Part shown: piece after piece, positions 40,818-54,848 of the stretch
Numbering within the stretch: the stretch's first letter is position 1
Layout of the letters: every line of letters begins with the position of its first letter
DNA from: Octopus vulgaris
Taxonomy: Eukaryota
Reading direction: 5' to 3'
DNA length: 64,000 nt
Assembly (NCBI GenBank): GCA_951406725.2
Contig: OX597825.1
Coordinates: forward strand, 6,448,001 to 6,512,000
Made by a program: the position numbers and the translations under genes
The notes under the pieces: model-generated
Told to the model about the DNA's origin: nothing
The model's input: the letters and a program-made list of their open reading frames with translations, nothing else
Databases searched by the model: none

Positions 40818-42888
40818 AGTTTTTAACCAAATTTCCCGCAAGTTAGAAAATCTTCGGAACTTTCCATGAATTTTTCGACCAAATTTACGGCAAGTTATGA
40901 AATCCTCGGAAGTTTCAAGGAATATTTCGACCAAATTTCCCGGAAGTTAAAAAAAACCATCGGAACTTTCCAGGAAGTTTTCGACCAAATTTCCCGCAAG
41001 TTAGAAAATCCTCGGAACTTTCCAGGAAGTTTTCGACAAAATTTCCCGCAAGTTAGAAAATCCTTGGAATTTTACAGGAAGTTTTCGGCCAAATTTACCA
41101 CAAGTTAGAAAATCCTCGGAACTTTCCAGGAAGTTTTCGACCAAATTTCAAGGAAATTAGAAAGTCCTCGGAACTTTCCACGAAGTTTTCGACCAAATTT
41201 CCAGGAAGTTAAAAATCATCGGAAATTTCCAGTAAGATTTCGACCAAATTTACCGCAAGTTAGATAATATTCGGAACTTTCCAGGAAGTTTTCCACCAAA
41301 TTTCTCGCAAGTTAGAAAAATCATCGGAATTTTAAGGAAGTTTTCGACCAAATTTACCGAAAGTTTGAAAATCATCGGAACTTTCCAGGAAGTTTTCGAC
41401 CAAATTTTCCGGAAGTTAGAAAATCATTGGAACTTTCCAGGATGTTTTCGACCAAATTTCCAGGAAGTTAAAAAATCATCGGGAATTTCCAGTGAGTTTT
41501 CGACCAAATTTACCGCTAGAAAATCTCCGGAACTTTCCAGGAAGTTTTCGACCAAATTTCAAGGAAGTTAGAAATTCCTCGGAACTTTCCAGGCATTTTT
41601 CAACCAAATTTCCCGGAAGTTAAAAAATCATCGGAAATTTCCAGTAGGTTTTCGACCAAATTTACCACAAGTTAGAAAATCATCGGAACTTTCCAGTAAT
41701 TGTTCGACCAAATTTTCCGCAAGTTAGAAAATCATCGGAACTTTCCTGGAAGTTTTCGACCAAATTTCCAGGAAGTTAAAAATCATCGGAAATTTCCAAT
41801 AAGTTTTCCGACCAAATTTCCAGGAAGTTAGAAATCCTCGGAACTTCCCAGGAAGTTTTCGACCAAATATTCCGGAAGTTAGGAAATCCTTGGAACTTTC
41901 CAGGAAGTTTTCGACCAAATATCCCGGAAGTTAGAAAATCCTCGGAACTTTCCAGGAAGTTTTCGACCAAATTTCAAGGAAGTTAGAAAATCCTTGGAAC
42001 TTTCTAGGAAGTTTCGACCAAAATTCCCGGAAGTTAAAAAATCATCGGAAATTTCCAGTAAGTTGTCGACCAAATTTCTCGCAAGTTAGAAAATATTCGG
42101 AACTTTCCATGAAGTTTTCGACCAAATTCCCCGGAAGTTAGAAAATCATCGGAACTTTCCAGGAAGTTTTCGACCAAAATTTCCGGAAGTTAGAAAATCA
42201 TCGGAACCTTCCAGGAAGTTTTCGACCAAATTTCCCGGAAGTTAGAAAATCTTCGGAACTTTCCATAAAGTTTTCGACCAAATTTCAAGGAAGTTTGAAA
42301 ATCCTCGGACCTTTCCAGGAAGTTTTCAACCAACTTTCAAGGAAGTGAAAAAATCCCCGGAACTCTCCAGGAAGTTTTCGACCAAATTTCAAGGAAGTTA
42401 GAAAATCCTTGGAACTTTCTAGTAAGTTTTCGACCAAATTTACGTAAATTAGAAAATCTTCGGAACTTTCCAGGAAGTTTTCGACCAAATTTCCAGGAAG
42501 TTGAAAATTCATTCGAATGTTCCTGGAAGTTTTCGACCAAATTTCAAGGATGTTAGATATTCCTCGGAACTTTCCGGGAACTTTTGGACAAAATTTCAAG
42601 GAAGTTAGAAAATCCTCGGAACTTTCCCGGAAGTTTTCGACCAAATTTCAAGGAAGTTAGAAATTGCTCGGAACTTTAAGGAAGTTTTCGACCAAATTTC
42701 AAGGAAGCTAGAAAATCCTCGGAATTTTCCGGGAAGTTTTCGGCTAAATTTACCGCAACTTTTCCAGGAAGTTTTTGACCAAATTTCTAGCAAGTTAGAA
42801 AAACCTCGGAACTTTCCAGGAAGTTATCGACCAAATTTCCGGGAATTTAAAAAATTCATTGAAACTTTCGACTAAATTTACCGCAAGT
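40818..42888. repeat. Satellite array, 52-bp unit, about 40 copies
   Basis: Unit GACCAAATTTCCCGCAAGTTAGAAAATCCTCGGAACTTTCCAGGAAGTTTTC; TCGAC recurs at 40981 and 41033. Confidence 0.95.
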
Positions 42889-43446
42889 AAAGGTTGCCAG
42901 CCTGCCCAAAGGCAAGTGGGCCCCTGCGCTATTAGAATCTATATATGGAACCCCATCTTAATATCTAAGAGGCCTATCTCCTCAAGTTTGAGAATTTTTT
43001 ATTCACTCCTGGAAGTATGCATTATTTCAGCCTTGCTGTATTTGTAGACAGTTGAAAAGAATGTTTTTAGCAAAAATTTAAATGATAGCATTGTTGTGTA
43101 GGCCCATTTGTAGTTGTGAATGGGCCCCCTTAGTCTCCTGGCCACCAATATTTTTAGACGCAGTCCACCATTGCCTACATGCTTGTAGTGCAAACGCACA
43201 CACACATACATGCATACATTTATACACACACATGCATGCATACATACTTATCCCTTCATTTTCATTGGTTTATTGTATTTAAGAGTATGAGTACTAACTT
43301 TATTACTGATTCATATTTAATTATTTGCAGTACTAAACAATCCGCACATAAGTAAACTAGAGAGGCATCTGACAGAATTGTCCTACTCTCTTTTACATAA
43401 CGACAGCTTCAATGTCTGATTGTTTTGTTTGTAGGAAACCATAACA

Positions 43447-43489
<43 letters not shown>

Positions 43490-43576
43490 AGAGTATACGT
43501 AAAAAACAAAAGACGAAGACAGGTGGTGTACAGAACAAACAGATGTATTAGTATAACGCTCAGGGATAGAAAAAGT

Positions 43577-43612
43577 CTTTTACGTTTCGAGCCTACGCTC
43601 TTCTACAGAAAG
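43577..43612 (-). ncRNA. Minimal type I hammerhead-like motif
   Basis: cttt-CTGTAGA-A-gagc(gtag)gctc-GAAACGTA-aaag. Confidence 0.7.
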
Positions 43613-43669
43613 GGACAGAAAAAACAAGGAGAGAAAAAAAGGAGAGAAAAAAATATATTTGTGTGTGTG

Positions 43670-43876
43670 TATTCTTTTACTCTTTTATTTGTTTCAGTCA
43701 TGTGACTGTGGCCATGCTGGAGCACTACCTTTAGTTGAACGAATCTACTCCAGGACTTATTCTTTGTAAGCCTAATACTCATTCTATCGGTGTCTTTTAA
43801 TGGACTGCTAAGTTACAGGGACGTGAATACATCAACATCAGTTGTCAAGCGATAATGGTGGTGGAGGTGGGGGGGG

Positions 43877-43910
<34 letters not shown>

Positions 43911-44072
43911 ACCGGTTTCTTTCAGTTTCCATCTACCAAATCCACTGACAAGGCTTTGGTTGGCCTGAGGCTATAGTAGAAGACACATACCCAAGGTGCC
44001 AAGCAGTGGGATTAAACCCAGAACCATATGGTTGGAAAGCAAGCTTCTTACCACACAACCACTCTTGCACCT
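43670..44072 (-). mobile_element. SINE family B
   Basis: Head-to-tail similarity to the other copies. Confidence 0.85.
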
Positions 44073-44085
44073 ATGTATCTGAATA

Positions 44086-44748
44086 CAGGGTGGCCCAAGA
44101 AGTAGTTTTACAGTAATCACGCAGGCACTTTCAATTTCTTTTAAAACAGTTTATTACATTTAAATTTCTGTCTTATAAACTGAAAAGGGAGCTTGACAAA
44201 TTTAACTAAATTAGCATAGAATAATACTCTCTTTTTCACTCTTTTACTTGTTTCAGTCATTTGACTGCGGCCATGCTGGAGCACTGCCTTTTTTTTAATC
44301 GAGCAACTCGACCCCGGGACTTATTCTTTTGTAAGCCCAGTACTTATTCTATCGGTCTCTTTTGCCAAACCGCTAAGTAACGGGGACATAAACACACCAG
44401 CATCGGTTGTCAAGCAATGCTAGGGGGACAAACACAGACACACAAACACACCCATGCATATATATATACATACATATATATACGACGGGCTTCTTTCAGT
44501 TTCCGTCTACCAAATCCACTCACAAGGCTTTGGTCGGCCCGAGGCTATAGTAGAAGACACTTGCCCAAGGTGCCACGCAGTGGGAGTGAACCCAGAACCA
44601 TGTGGTTGGTAAGCAAGCTACTTACCCCACAGCCACTCCTACACCTAATGGTTTCAAATTTTTTATAATTAAGATCTAAACTGTTAATAAATTAATGCGA
44701 AAGAGATACCTGAGTAACTGCAAAACCTACTTTTGGGCCCCACCCCTG
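44086..44748. mobile_element. Tc1/mariner-type MITE containing a SINE B copy (about 44226-44642, minus strand)
   Basis: TA-flanked imperfect TIRs CAGGGTGGCCCAAGAAGTAG / CTACTTTTGGGCCCCACCCCTG. Confidence 0.75.
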
Positions 44749-45114
44749 TATGTTCCCTTTTAGGTACATCACAAATGATAGTGAGCTCTGTGTAGAGTGA
44801 ATTAGCATAAGGCTGGAGAATGCTAACTTCTCTTTATTCCACTGGCTCTATAAATTTTCTATTTGTATTACTGAAGGAAAATAATATTGTAGACTTAACA
44901 TTTTGCTGGAAAAATTATTATTTACAATAAAATTATCAATTTTCTGCTTAACTTCTTTTATTATTCTAAGCATTAAAAATCAAAAACAAAATCACGGTTC
45001 CCTTTGATATTTTTTGTGTAATAAAATCTAAGTTGTAATATATGTGGATGCATATTTATGGCTACAGTATTTAAATTATATTTGGGTGTATATTTGTGTA
45101 TATGGTATTAAAAT

Positions 45115-45881
<767 letters not shown>

Positions 45882-46905
45882 GGATGCCGTATGTTATTGA
45901 TTACTTGTGCATATAGTTGTTATTATGGATAGACTTTTGACTGTTATGTATAAAATCTTTGAAATAATGTAAATCTGTTGAGGTAGCATCAAGTAAGCTC
46001 TCCCTTTCTTCTTTTATCTGTTTTGCCATATTGTTTAAAACTGCTATGTAAGGACATTTTTGAATTTATCTCTCTACGACTGAATTTCCTTCTCAACTCT
46101 CTAGATGTGTCCATATCTCCCAAGACATGAATGAAATCATGCACAAGTGTGTGTTAGCATGCATCTATAAGTTTACTTAAGTGTTCTTGAGATAAACTCG
46201 AATCGATATGTCAAAAGATATGTTGAAAGTTGTTGTATGAAAGTGTTATGGATTGCATCCATCTCGTAACAAGTTGAACATTTCCACAAAGAATGCCTTC
46301 TTACATCATGTTTGCAAGTCATGAGATAAGCATTGCCAGCCTACAAGCTATTTCCAGATATTCTCATTAATACAACTCCCTGTAAACAAGGAAATAAAAG
46401 GTGCTCTATTATTGATACAGAATCCTTTTTGAATCTATTCTATTTGCTTAAAGCAAAAACAACAACAGCAGCAGTAAGGCAAACAGCAAATTGTTTAGAA
46501 TTCAGCTTCTCTGTTCTTTTTAGATACCTCCAAAAGGTTAATGTTTTGGGCTTTGTTTTCTTTATTCAGTTTTCCTGTGTTTTTCTTTTTCCTATTTTTC
46601 TCTTTTAAAATATAAATTTGGATAAAAACAAAATTTGAAAAAAGTAAGAATTGTGAGTTTTTGTTTTTCCTCTCCTCTTACTAACAAATCAACATAACTT
46701 TCAGTGCTATAAGCATCTATAAATAGCCACAAATATAAGATATTCTGCTATACTAACAGAAATGCTTATATTCTGTTTTATATACAACTGGTGAGTTTAA
46801 TAGATTCTGTGTAACAAGTCTAATGGTACTAAATTCCTTTGAAACTAGCAAACAGTTGTTTTTATCTCTTAATTTGCGAAGAAAGAGTGTCCATGGCTTC
46901 TGCTG

Positions 46906-47288
46906 TACAATCTACATGGTAGATTCTACATGTACAATCTACATGGTAGATTCTATATGGTAAATTCTACATGTACAATCTACATGGTAGATTCTACATG
47001 TACAATCTACATGGTAGATTCTACATGTACAATCTATCTACATGGTAGATTCTATATGGTAAATTCTACATGTACAATCTACATGGTAGATTCTACATGT
47101 ACAATCTACATGGTAGATTCTACATGTACAATCTATCTACATGGTAGATTCTATATGGTAAATTCTACATGTACAATCTACATGGTAGATTCTACATGTA
47201 CAATCTACATGGTAGATTCTACATGTACAATCTATCTACATGGTAGATTCTATATGGTAAATTCTACATGTACAATCTACATGGTAGA
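46906..47288. repeat. Minisatellite, 27-bp unit with a 99-bp higher-order repeat
   Basis: TACAATCTACATGGTAGATTCTACATG; the ORF track shows a 33-aa period. Confidence 0.95.
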
Positions 47289-47437
47289 TGAGAATTAGTG
47301 ATTGCACCGAAACTCTAAGTTGAAATACAGGAAAGTTAAACATGGCAATTTCTTAAGTCTGGGACAGATTTATGTAGGTGCTCTAATTGTATTAGGTTTG
47401 TATTCCAAAATTTAGTGAAATATAATATATACATGTA

Positions 47438-47920
47438 TAGGCACAGGAGTGACTGTGTGGTAAGTAGCTTGCTTCCCAACCACTTGATTCCAGGTTCAGT
47501 CTCACTGCAGAGCATCTTGGGCAAGTGTCTTCTACTGTAGCCTCAGGCTGACCAAAGTCTTGTGAGTGGATTTGGTAGATGGAAACTGAAAGAAAACTAC
47601 CATATATATAATATATATACACATATATATATATATAGAATGTAAAAATATACGAGATTTAAGAATACAATAAGATATATAAAAGTATTATAGAGATATG
47701 TACACACATTTTTGTTGTATGATTGTTGACTACTCATAAGTTCTTCTGCCCTTTGGTGTGTTTATATCCCCATAACTTAGCAGTTTGGAAAAAGAGATGA
47801 ACAGCTGAAGTACTAGATGTAAAAAAAAAAAAAGTACAGGGGTGGTCAATCCCTTTTTGACTAAGAAATTCTTCAAGACAGTGCTCCAGCATGGCCACAG
47901 CCTGATAACTGAAACAAGAG
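47438..47920 (+). mobile_element. SINE family B (diverged)
   Basis: Head at 47438-47600, tail at 47745-47920. Confidence 0.75.
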
Positions 47921-48837
47921 AAAAAAAATCACATCACCGAAATCTCAAAGATACAAGATAAATCGATGATTAATTGAAAACAATGAGACTAAACAAACAT
48001 TACATTTGATATAGTGACCTGAATGGTTAAGGGTTAAATGCTTATAGCCTGCCTATTCATGACTGATGAATCTGAAGTAAAATCCAATATTCTTAAAAAG
48101 TAAATATTTTGGTTTACTTTTTACAAGTAAAATACACAAGGTGTATTTGCTAAAGACTTTGAATTCAGATACTATGTTTGGCTTCTACTAAATATTTCTC
48201 TGCTCAAATTTTAAACATACAAAGCGTTCGCTGCATAATTTTTTATTTTGTTATTGTGTAGTTGCTTTTTTTTTTACACAACACTCTTCTCTCTAAAATA
48301 ATTTTGAAATAAATCACTTTTACAGAGCAAAGATTAGCTGACAACCAAAGAATAACAATTTTTCCATAGCTAATTCTCTCTCACTAAATTGTAATACAAA
48401 CCGTCTTTCAATTTCTTTCTATAATGTTGTTTGCTCAATAAAGACTAGCAAGACAGGAATATCAGAATTTCAGGAGAACCTTATTTACAAAAGAACCAAG
48501 AGAAATTCTAACCGTAATACTTAATAGTAGCAAAAGTACTAATAATAAACAGTCCACTATCTTGTAGTATTTTATCTAATGGTTAGGTGAGGTTAGTGAA
48601 ATTTAGGATTATTTTTTAACTCCTTGGAGATGCCATGGATGGAGAATGATTACATCGACCCCAGTATTTGACTGGTACTTATTTTATCGACCCCAAAAAT
48701 ATGACCGGTAAAGTCAGCCTTGGTGGAATTTGAATTGAGATTATAAAGATGGGCAAAATGCTGTTGAGTCCATTTTGTTCAGCATGTTGAAAATACTGCC
48801 TACCATAATAATAATAATAATAATAATTATAATTATA

Positions 48838-49095
48838 ATGTCACTGCTGAAAAAGGTGGTAGTAGTACCAATAATTGTTGGAGACCTGGGAACAGTGAGT
48901 AAAAATCTCGAGAAGTACATGGAACAAATAGAGGCTGCAATAAGGGTGGAACACTTGCAGAAAACAGCACTGCTTGGAACCACTTGAACACTCTGGAAGG
49001 TGCTCAAAAAATAACGGGTGTTACATTAGTTCACTGGTAGTGAACAGCTGGCACCGTAGTACATCTCCAGCATTATAAGCTGTGCAAAGACAATG
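48838..49095 (+). mobile_element. R4/Dong-type non-LTR retrotransposon 3' fragment
   Basis: KKVVVVPIIVGDLGTV...LQKTALLGT..LWKVL matches the C-terminus after the restriction-like endonuclease; (AAT)n on both sides. Confidence 0.8.
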
Positions 49096-49479
49096 AAATA
49101 ATAATGAAAATAATAATGATAATGATAACAAGAGCACTCAGAGAATGCAAACCTCTGCCAAGGCCACACCAACGTCTTCTCAACGATTAGCCAGAGATGA
49201 TTTTTAAATGAGAATATCTGAAATAAACTCGAATGGTCTCACAAATGAGAATACTAAAAATGAACCCGACCTATCACACAAATTAAGTAAAAAAACTGAA
49301 AAAATTATCCAGAATCTTGTCCACTACCTGATTAGTCCAAATGGTAGTCATGGAATGTGAAGGTGGTTGTAGAAAATTTAGTAACAGTAATAAATAGATT
49401 ATTCTTATCTACTACAAGCCAAAGTTAACAAATTCCCCATTCAAAATAGTTTCGAAGGCAGAGGTAATAGTAATAATAA

Positions 49480-49870
49480 GATATGTGCATCTCTGATCAC
49501 GAGCAGAAGTAGTGGGGGAGCATCATAGCCATGTGTTGAGAGGGATTCTTTGGGGTTTGAATAATTCACCTTTGGAAACATGGGTGTTTTGTTCAACATT
49601 CTTAATCAACCCTTATTCAGGGACCTTTTGAGTGGGATAGGCTACTCAACCTGAAAAAAATTTTAACTGGGCCCCATCTGCAAGGTCATGTGCTGTTTAT
49701 CTTGATACGAGATCACTGTGTCACACCCATACAGTTGTGATGCATGTGCCTGGTGTACTCTTATTAGACAAGTAGTTATGTTGGGTATACTGGGCATCGC
49801 ATATTTTACCCCAGTGTCACTCTGATGGCATGAACTGCTCTCTCACCCAATAATAATAATCATAATAATA
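49480..49870 (+). mobile_element. Probable LINE 3' UTR fragment with (AAT)n tail
   Basis: Higher-GC block between AAT repeats; family unassigned. Confidence 0.35.
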
Positions 49871-49904
49871 GTAGTAGTAGTAGTAGTAGTAGTAGTAATC
49901 ATTA

Positions 49905-50298
49905 CTACTATAGGCACAAGGCCTGAAATTTGGGGGAGGGGACTAGTCGATTACATCGACCCCAGTGTTTCACAGGAACTTAATTTATCGACCCTGAAAG
50001 GATGAAGGGCAAAGTTGACCTCAGCAGAATTTGAACTCAGAATGTTAAGACAGACAAAATGCTGCTAAGCATAATAATGATAATCCTTTCTAACAAAGGC
50101 ACAAGACCTGAAATATTGGAGGAGATGACTAGTCAATTACCTTGACCCCAGTACTCAACTGGTACTTAATTCATTGACCCCGAAAGGATGAAAAGCATAG
50201 TCGACCATGGCGGAATTTGAACACAGAACGTAGAGACAGATGAAATACTCCTCAGCATTTTGCCCAGTGTGCTAACAGTTCTGCCAGCTCACTGCCTT
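49905..50298 (-). mobile_element. Two SINE family A copies
   Basis: Reverse-complement core occurs twice. Confidence 0.8.
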
Positions 50299-50967
50299 CA
50301 TAATAATAATAATAATAATAATAGTAATAATAGCAATAGAATACATGGAATCATAGAAAAATCCTCCAAAAGAGCAGTGATTCTTATATTGTAACTGGTC
50401 TTATATGTGTGTGGCCAAAACAAAGTTCCCAGAGTGTTTACTGGTATGAACGAAGCTAGAGATCAAAGGTTAATATATTCCATAGCTTTAGTGAAACTGG
50501 GTCTTAAATTAAGTTTCTTCCAAAGAAGACGTTATTCAGCATTCTATCCAGTAGGGTATATTGCTTTTCACCCAATTAATCTCAGAGAGGCCGGTGATAA
50601 GCGCTGGTCTAGTGAAATATTGAGGTCAGTGAGAGGAAATAATCATAAATAATGTTTAATGATTTTACTGCCAGGAAAACTTTGAATGCTGCCAAATTTT
50701 CATTGAAAATGAAGCAATGAACAAATTTACCAAGTTTGTCTGAGTGCAATAATTCAAGACAAAGTTGAAGCAGAAAGTTGGCGAAAGAAAAGAGAGACAG
50801 AAAGAAAGAAATTGAGTTACCAGAGTTTCGATAAAACTTCAGAAAGATAAACTTCATACTTCCATCTGCCATATTTTAATTTTCATTTAAGCAACATGAT
50901 AGGGGCTGACAGTAGTTTCCCTTGTTTAATCCTGCTCAATGTTTTAGTTATAACCATTTAGTTGAAG

Positions 50968-51605
50968 AGGGCGAACTGGCAGAAACGTTAGCACGCTGGG
51001 TGAAATACTTAACGGTATTTCGTCTGCCGTTATGTTCCGAGTTCAAATTCCGCCGAGGTCGACTTTGCCTTTCATCCTTTCGGGGTTGATAAATTAAGTA
51101 CCAGTTACGCACTGGGGTCGATGTAATCGGTTTAATACCTATGTCTGTCCCTGTTTGTCCTCTCTGTGTTTAGCCCCTTGTGGATAGTAAAGAAATAGGT
51201 ATTTCATCTGTCTTTATATTCTGAGTTCAAATTCCGCCGAGGTCAACTTTGCCTTTCATCCTTTCAGGGTCGATAAATTAAGTACTGGTCAAACACTGGG
51301 TTTGATGTTTTTGACTTACCCCCTCACCTGACCTTGCTGGCCTTGTGCCAAAATTTGAAACCACTATTATTGGAGTTGAAACCTTCTCTCCTGATAACCT
51401 TCTTCAACAATGTTTCCTTCCTTTGCTTGCTCTCTTTTTCTTACTTAGAATATTCCTAGTTATGAGTTCAGATTCCGCTGAGGTTGACTTTGCCTCTGCA
51501 TTCTTTCAGGGTCGATAAAATAACTATTAACTGAGCACCGGGGTCGATGTAATAACCTATGCCCCTCCCCTTAAACTGCTGGCCTTGTGCCAAAATCTGA
51601 AACCA
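50968..51605 (+). mobile_element. SINE family A (double-core form) plus a partial copy
   Basis: Same architecture as 1274-1671. Confidence 0.85.
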
Positions 51606-53766
51606 ACAGAACAATCATCTTGTAGTTAAAAACAAATGGAGATAATTGCTGTTTGTTTTGCCTCGAAGAAAATTCAGTTCTGCAATTTGAATTGAATTGC
51701 GACAATGGCTTCAACTTAAACTGTTTTGAGATTTGAAACTTTTAAAAAGAGATTAGCTAAGAGCACCGTGCATCAGACAAGTTTAATGAAATAATTTACA
51801 TTCTGTTTGGAATACGATTCCATATTGGTAACACTGTTCCATAATAACCTGGAGATATTTCATTTGATAGAATCAATTTCATTTGAGAGCAACGAAAGAA
51901 TATTTGGTTAAGCAGTTTTACTGTATAGAAACCACAAGTCAAATGTTTGTGGGTTAATTCTCAATGTTGAGATAAAAGTTCATATTTTGTCTGCTTCCAA
52001 CTATAAATTCTATACACTAATCATTATATGACACTTTCTAGTCACTGCTTCATCATTATATTATAAACATAATCAAATTGTTTAGAACATTATACATGAA
52101 ATATTTCAATAGAACTGTCAATTTGACCATAACTGTGGAACAATTTATGGAATATCTTGAGAAATTCATCTCTAGTCTGTTCCATTAGGAAAGATTTCAG
52201 ACAGTTATTATACAAGTGTAGAAGGTATTTCATCACTTATAAAAATCTCCTATCCATCTTTATTATATGATGTTTATATCATAACCAGTGTCACTGCTAA
52301 TTCATTTGTTAGGAAGCTGCCCTATCAACTGAAGAATTAAATCTTCATCTTGCCAATGTATTTTTCTTTGGCTGTTGTGTTTGAGACGTGTGGCAGACAT
52401 TTACCACTCAGTAGTTTAGTCTAGATGCAAAGTTCCAACTTGAGACAGTCGAGAAAAGTATATGGCTGGTGAAGGGCCCCACCCTATAGATTTAATAGTT
52501 TGGAGAGAATTGTTTTCAAATTATTCTATTTATATCATCAGCCTGTCTAGGACTCGATGTGTCTCTAAACCATTTACAGTTTTGTTTACAACATCGCAGA
52601 ATGCTTATCAATAAAAGTGAGGGATAAAAACACAAAAACATTTCACCAATAATATATTCATATTCTTATGTATTTGTTATTGATTGAAGTAATGCTTTGC
52701 CAGTAGTTAAATGTTTATCTTCTCTGTATCATAGCTATAGTTTTGTTATTATAAAGCTAAGGTTAATTGATTCAAATTAAATTTAAATCAAATTTATACT
52801 GGGGAAAAGAAAATATTTCAAAATTGACTTAATATATTCACTTGATTGTAGTATTAAATATAAATCTAGTTTTTCTTTTCATCTTCACATATATTCAAGT
52901 GAATGCATCGACTTGTTTCATTATTCTTGTTGTCTTTGTTCAATATTGATAGAGCTGAGCAGTAAAATTAATCATCTATTAAACTATAAGTATGATTTAT
53001 TGAGATTTATTGCCAAACAAATAATCACATTTTAAAAAAAATGTGCGATGTCTTAATTCTGATAATATTTGTAGTTTGTCTGGCATTCTCCTAACTTCTT
53101 TAGGATTTAGAAAGTTCTTATATTGATGTCTTTGAGAGAAAGTTTGTCAGTTCTGACCTAATGCTTACACTGTCTTACTTCATCAATTTCTATAAAATAT
53201 CATTTTTATTATTTAAAAAAGTATTTCAAACAACACTCTAAAGAGATTAGGTATTTTAAAACCAAATGTGGAGAAAAAAAAAATACATTAGTTATTCACT
53301 ATACTTTTATTTATTTTTTATTTGCTTATTTATTTATTTATTTATTTTAGTTTGATTGCAGCCAACTTCAATATATGTTTAGTTACAAACTTATAAATCT
53401 AAAAAAAAAAAAAAAAAAAAGAACAAAAAACAAAAAAAAAAAATCTGTTTCATTATTTAGTTCCTTATTTTAATTCTTCTAATTATGGTTCTGCTAGAGC
53501 AGGTTTATTAGGTTGTTTCATAGAATCTCTAAAAATATTCTTGTAAGTTTCATTCTTTGTTTTTCTCTTTCCTTTTCCATTTCGAATAAAGAATAAGTAA
53601 GGCACTTTATATCTCTATTATTGCCAACATCTTGACACATTTTGTACGGAGTTGCCTTTCTCAAAAGAAGTTAATCAATTTAATGCCATCTTATAAAGGA
53701 TTCTTAAATTCTTAAAATGCAAAGTTAGGGTTTGGGATTTTGTATTATACTGATTTATTTTTTACA

Positions 53767-54155
53767 TCTCTCTATATATAAAGCTGAAGTTGTCTGTGTA
53801 TGGCAGGTTTGGTAGCCTTCAACTAACACTATCTCCTCTGAGACCCTGTGGCGCAAGTTGACCAAAATTGAGAGTATGATAGAAGGCGTGCTCTTCCTTC
53901 CGTAGAAGAAAAAATTCAAATCGGACCATGTTAACACCAAAAATTATTTACATAAAAAAAGTGCTTTTTGTCTATGAAAATCCCTATTTTTTACGATTTT
54001 TTGACTGCTGTGTCGCTATTTTTCGGAGTATTTCAACCAGAAAAATGTTCTCTTAAAGAGAATAACAAGCTACATAATGCAAAATTTTTACTTTTCAAAA
54101 ATTCCAGTTGTAAAGGGTCGAAACGACTCCGAGCAACGCCGGGCGATACTGCTAG
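53767..54155 (+). mobile_element. Non-autonomous Helitron
   Basis: A^TCTCTCTATATATAAA 5' end; CCGAGCAACGCCGGGCGATACTGCTAG 3' end. Confidence 0.8.
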
Positions 54156-54449
54156 CTTTTTTTTTTTATAAATCTCAGTCAAATTTGAAGAACTATACAG
54201 AAAAGAATTACATACTCAACATATCGTAATTCAAGTTCAGCTTCTGTTGTTCTCTTCTGCCAGAATATAAAGTAAACAAAAGATTAAAAGGTTAAGACAA
54301 AATATTTTTGATCAATCTTTATTCCTCAAGATTGAACAATGGATAGTTAAGATGGTATAAAAGTTTCAAAATTAGTGTTAGGGACCAAAGGTAAGAACAG
54401 TCATAAGTAATGATTTGCGTTTTTGCTTCATTTTTTATTTTTTTATTTT

Positions 54450-54848
54450 TTATTTGTTTCAGTCATTTGACTGTGGCCATGCTGGGGCATTGCCTTTAGT
54501 CAAACAAATCGACCCCAGAATTTATTCTTTGTAAGCCTAGTACTTATTCTATCAGTTGCTTTTGCCAAACTGCTAAGTTACAGGGACGTAAACACACCAG
54601 CATCGGTTGTCAAGCGATGGTGGTGGTGGTGGTGGTGGGGGGGACAAACAGACATACAAACACTCACCCATATATACATATATATATATGACAGGCTTCT
54701 ATCAGTTTCTATCTACCAAGTCCACTCACAAGGCTTTGGTTGGCCTGAGGCTATAGTAGAAGACACTTGCCCAAGGTGCTACACAGTGGGACTGAACCCG
54801 GAACCATATGGTTGGTAAGCAAGCTACTTACCACACAGCCACTCCTGC
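54450..54848 (-). mobile_element. SINE family B
   Basis: Full-length similarity to the other copies. Confidence 0.85.

Noticed and set aside
40818-42888. CRISPR-like regular array
   Set aside because: There are no unique spacers or cas genes and the context is eukaryotic; it is a tandem satellite
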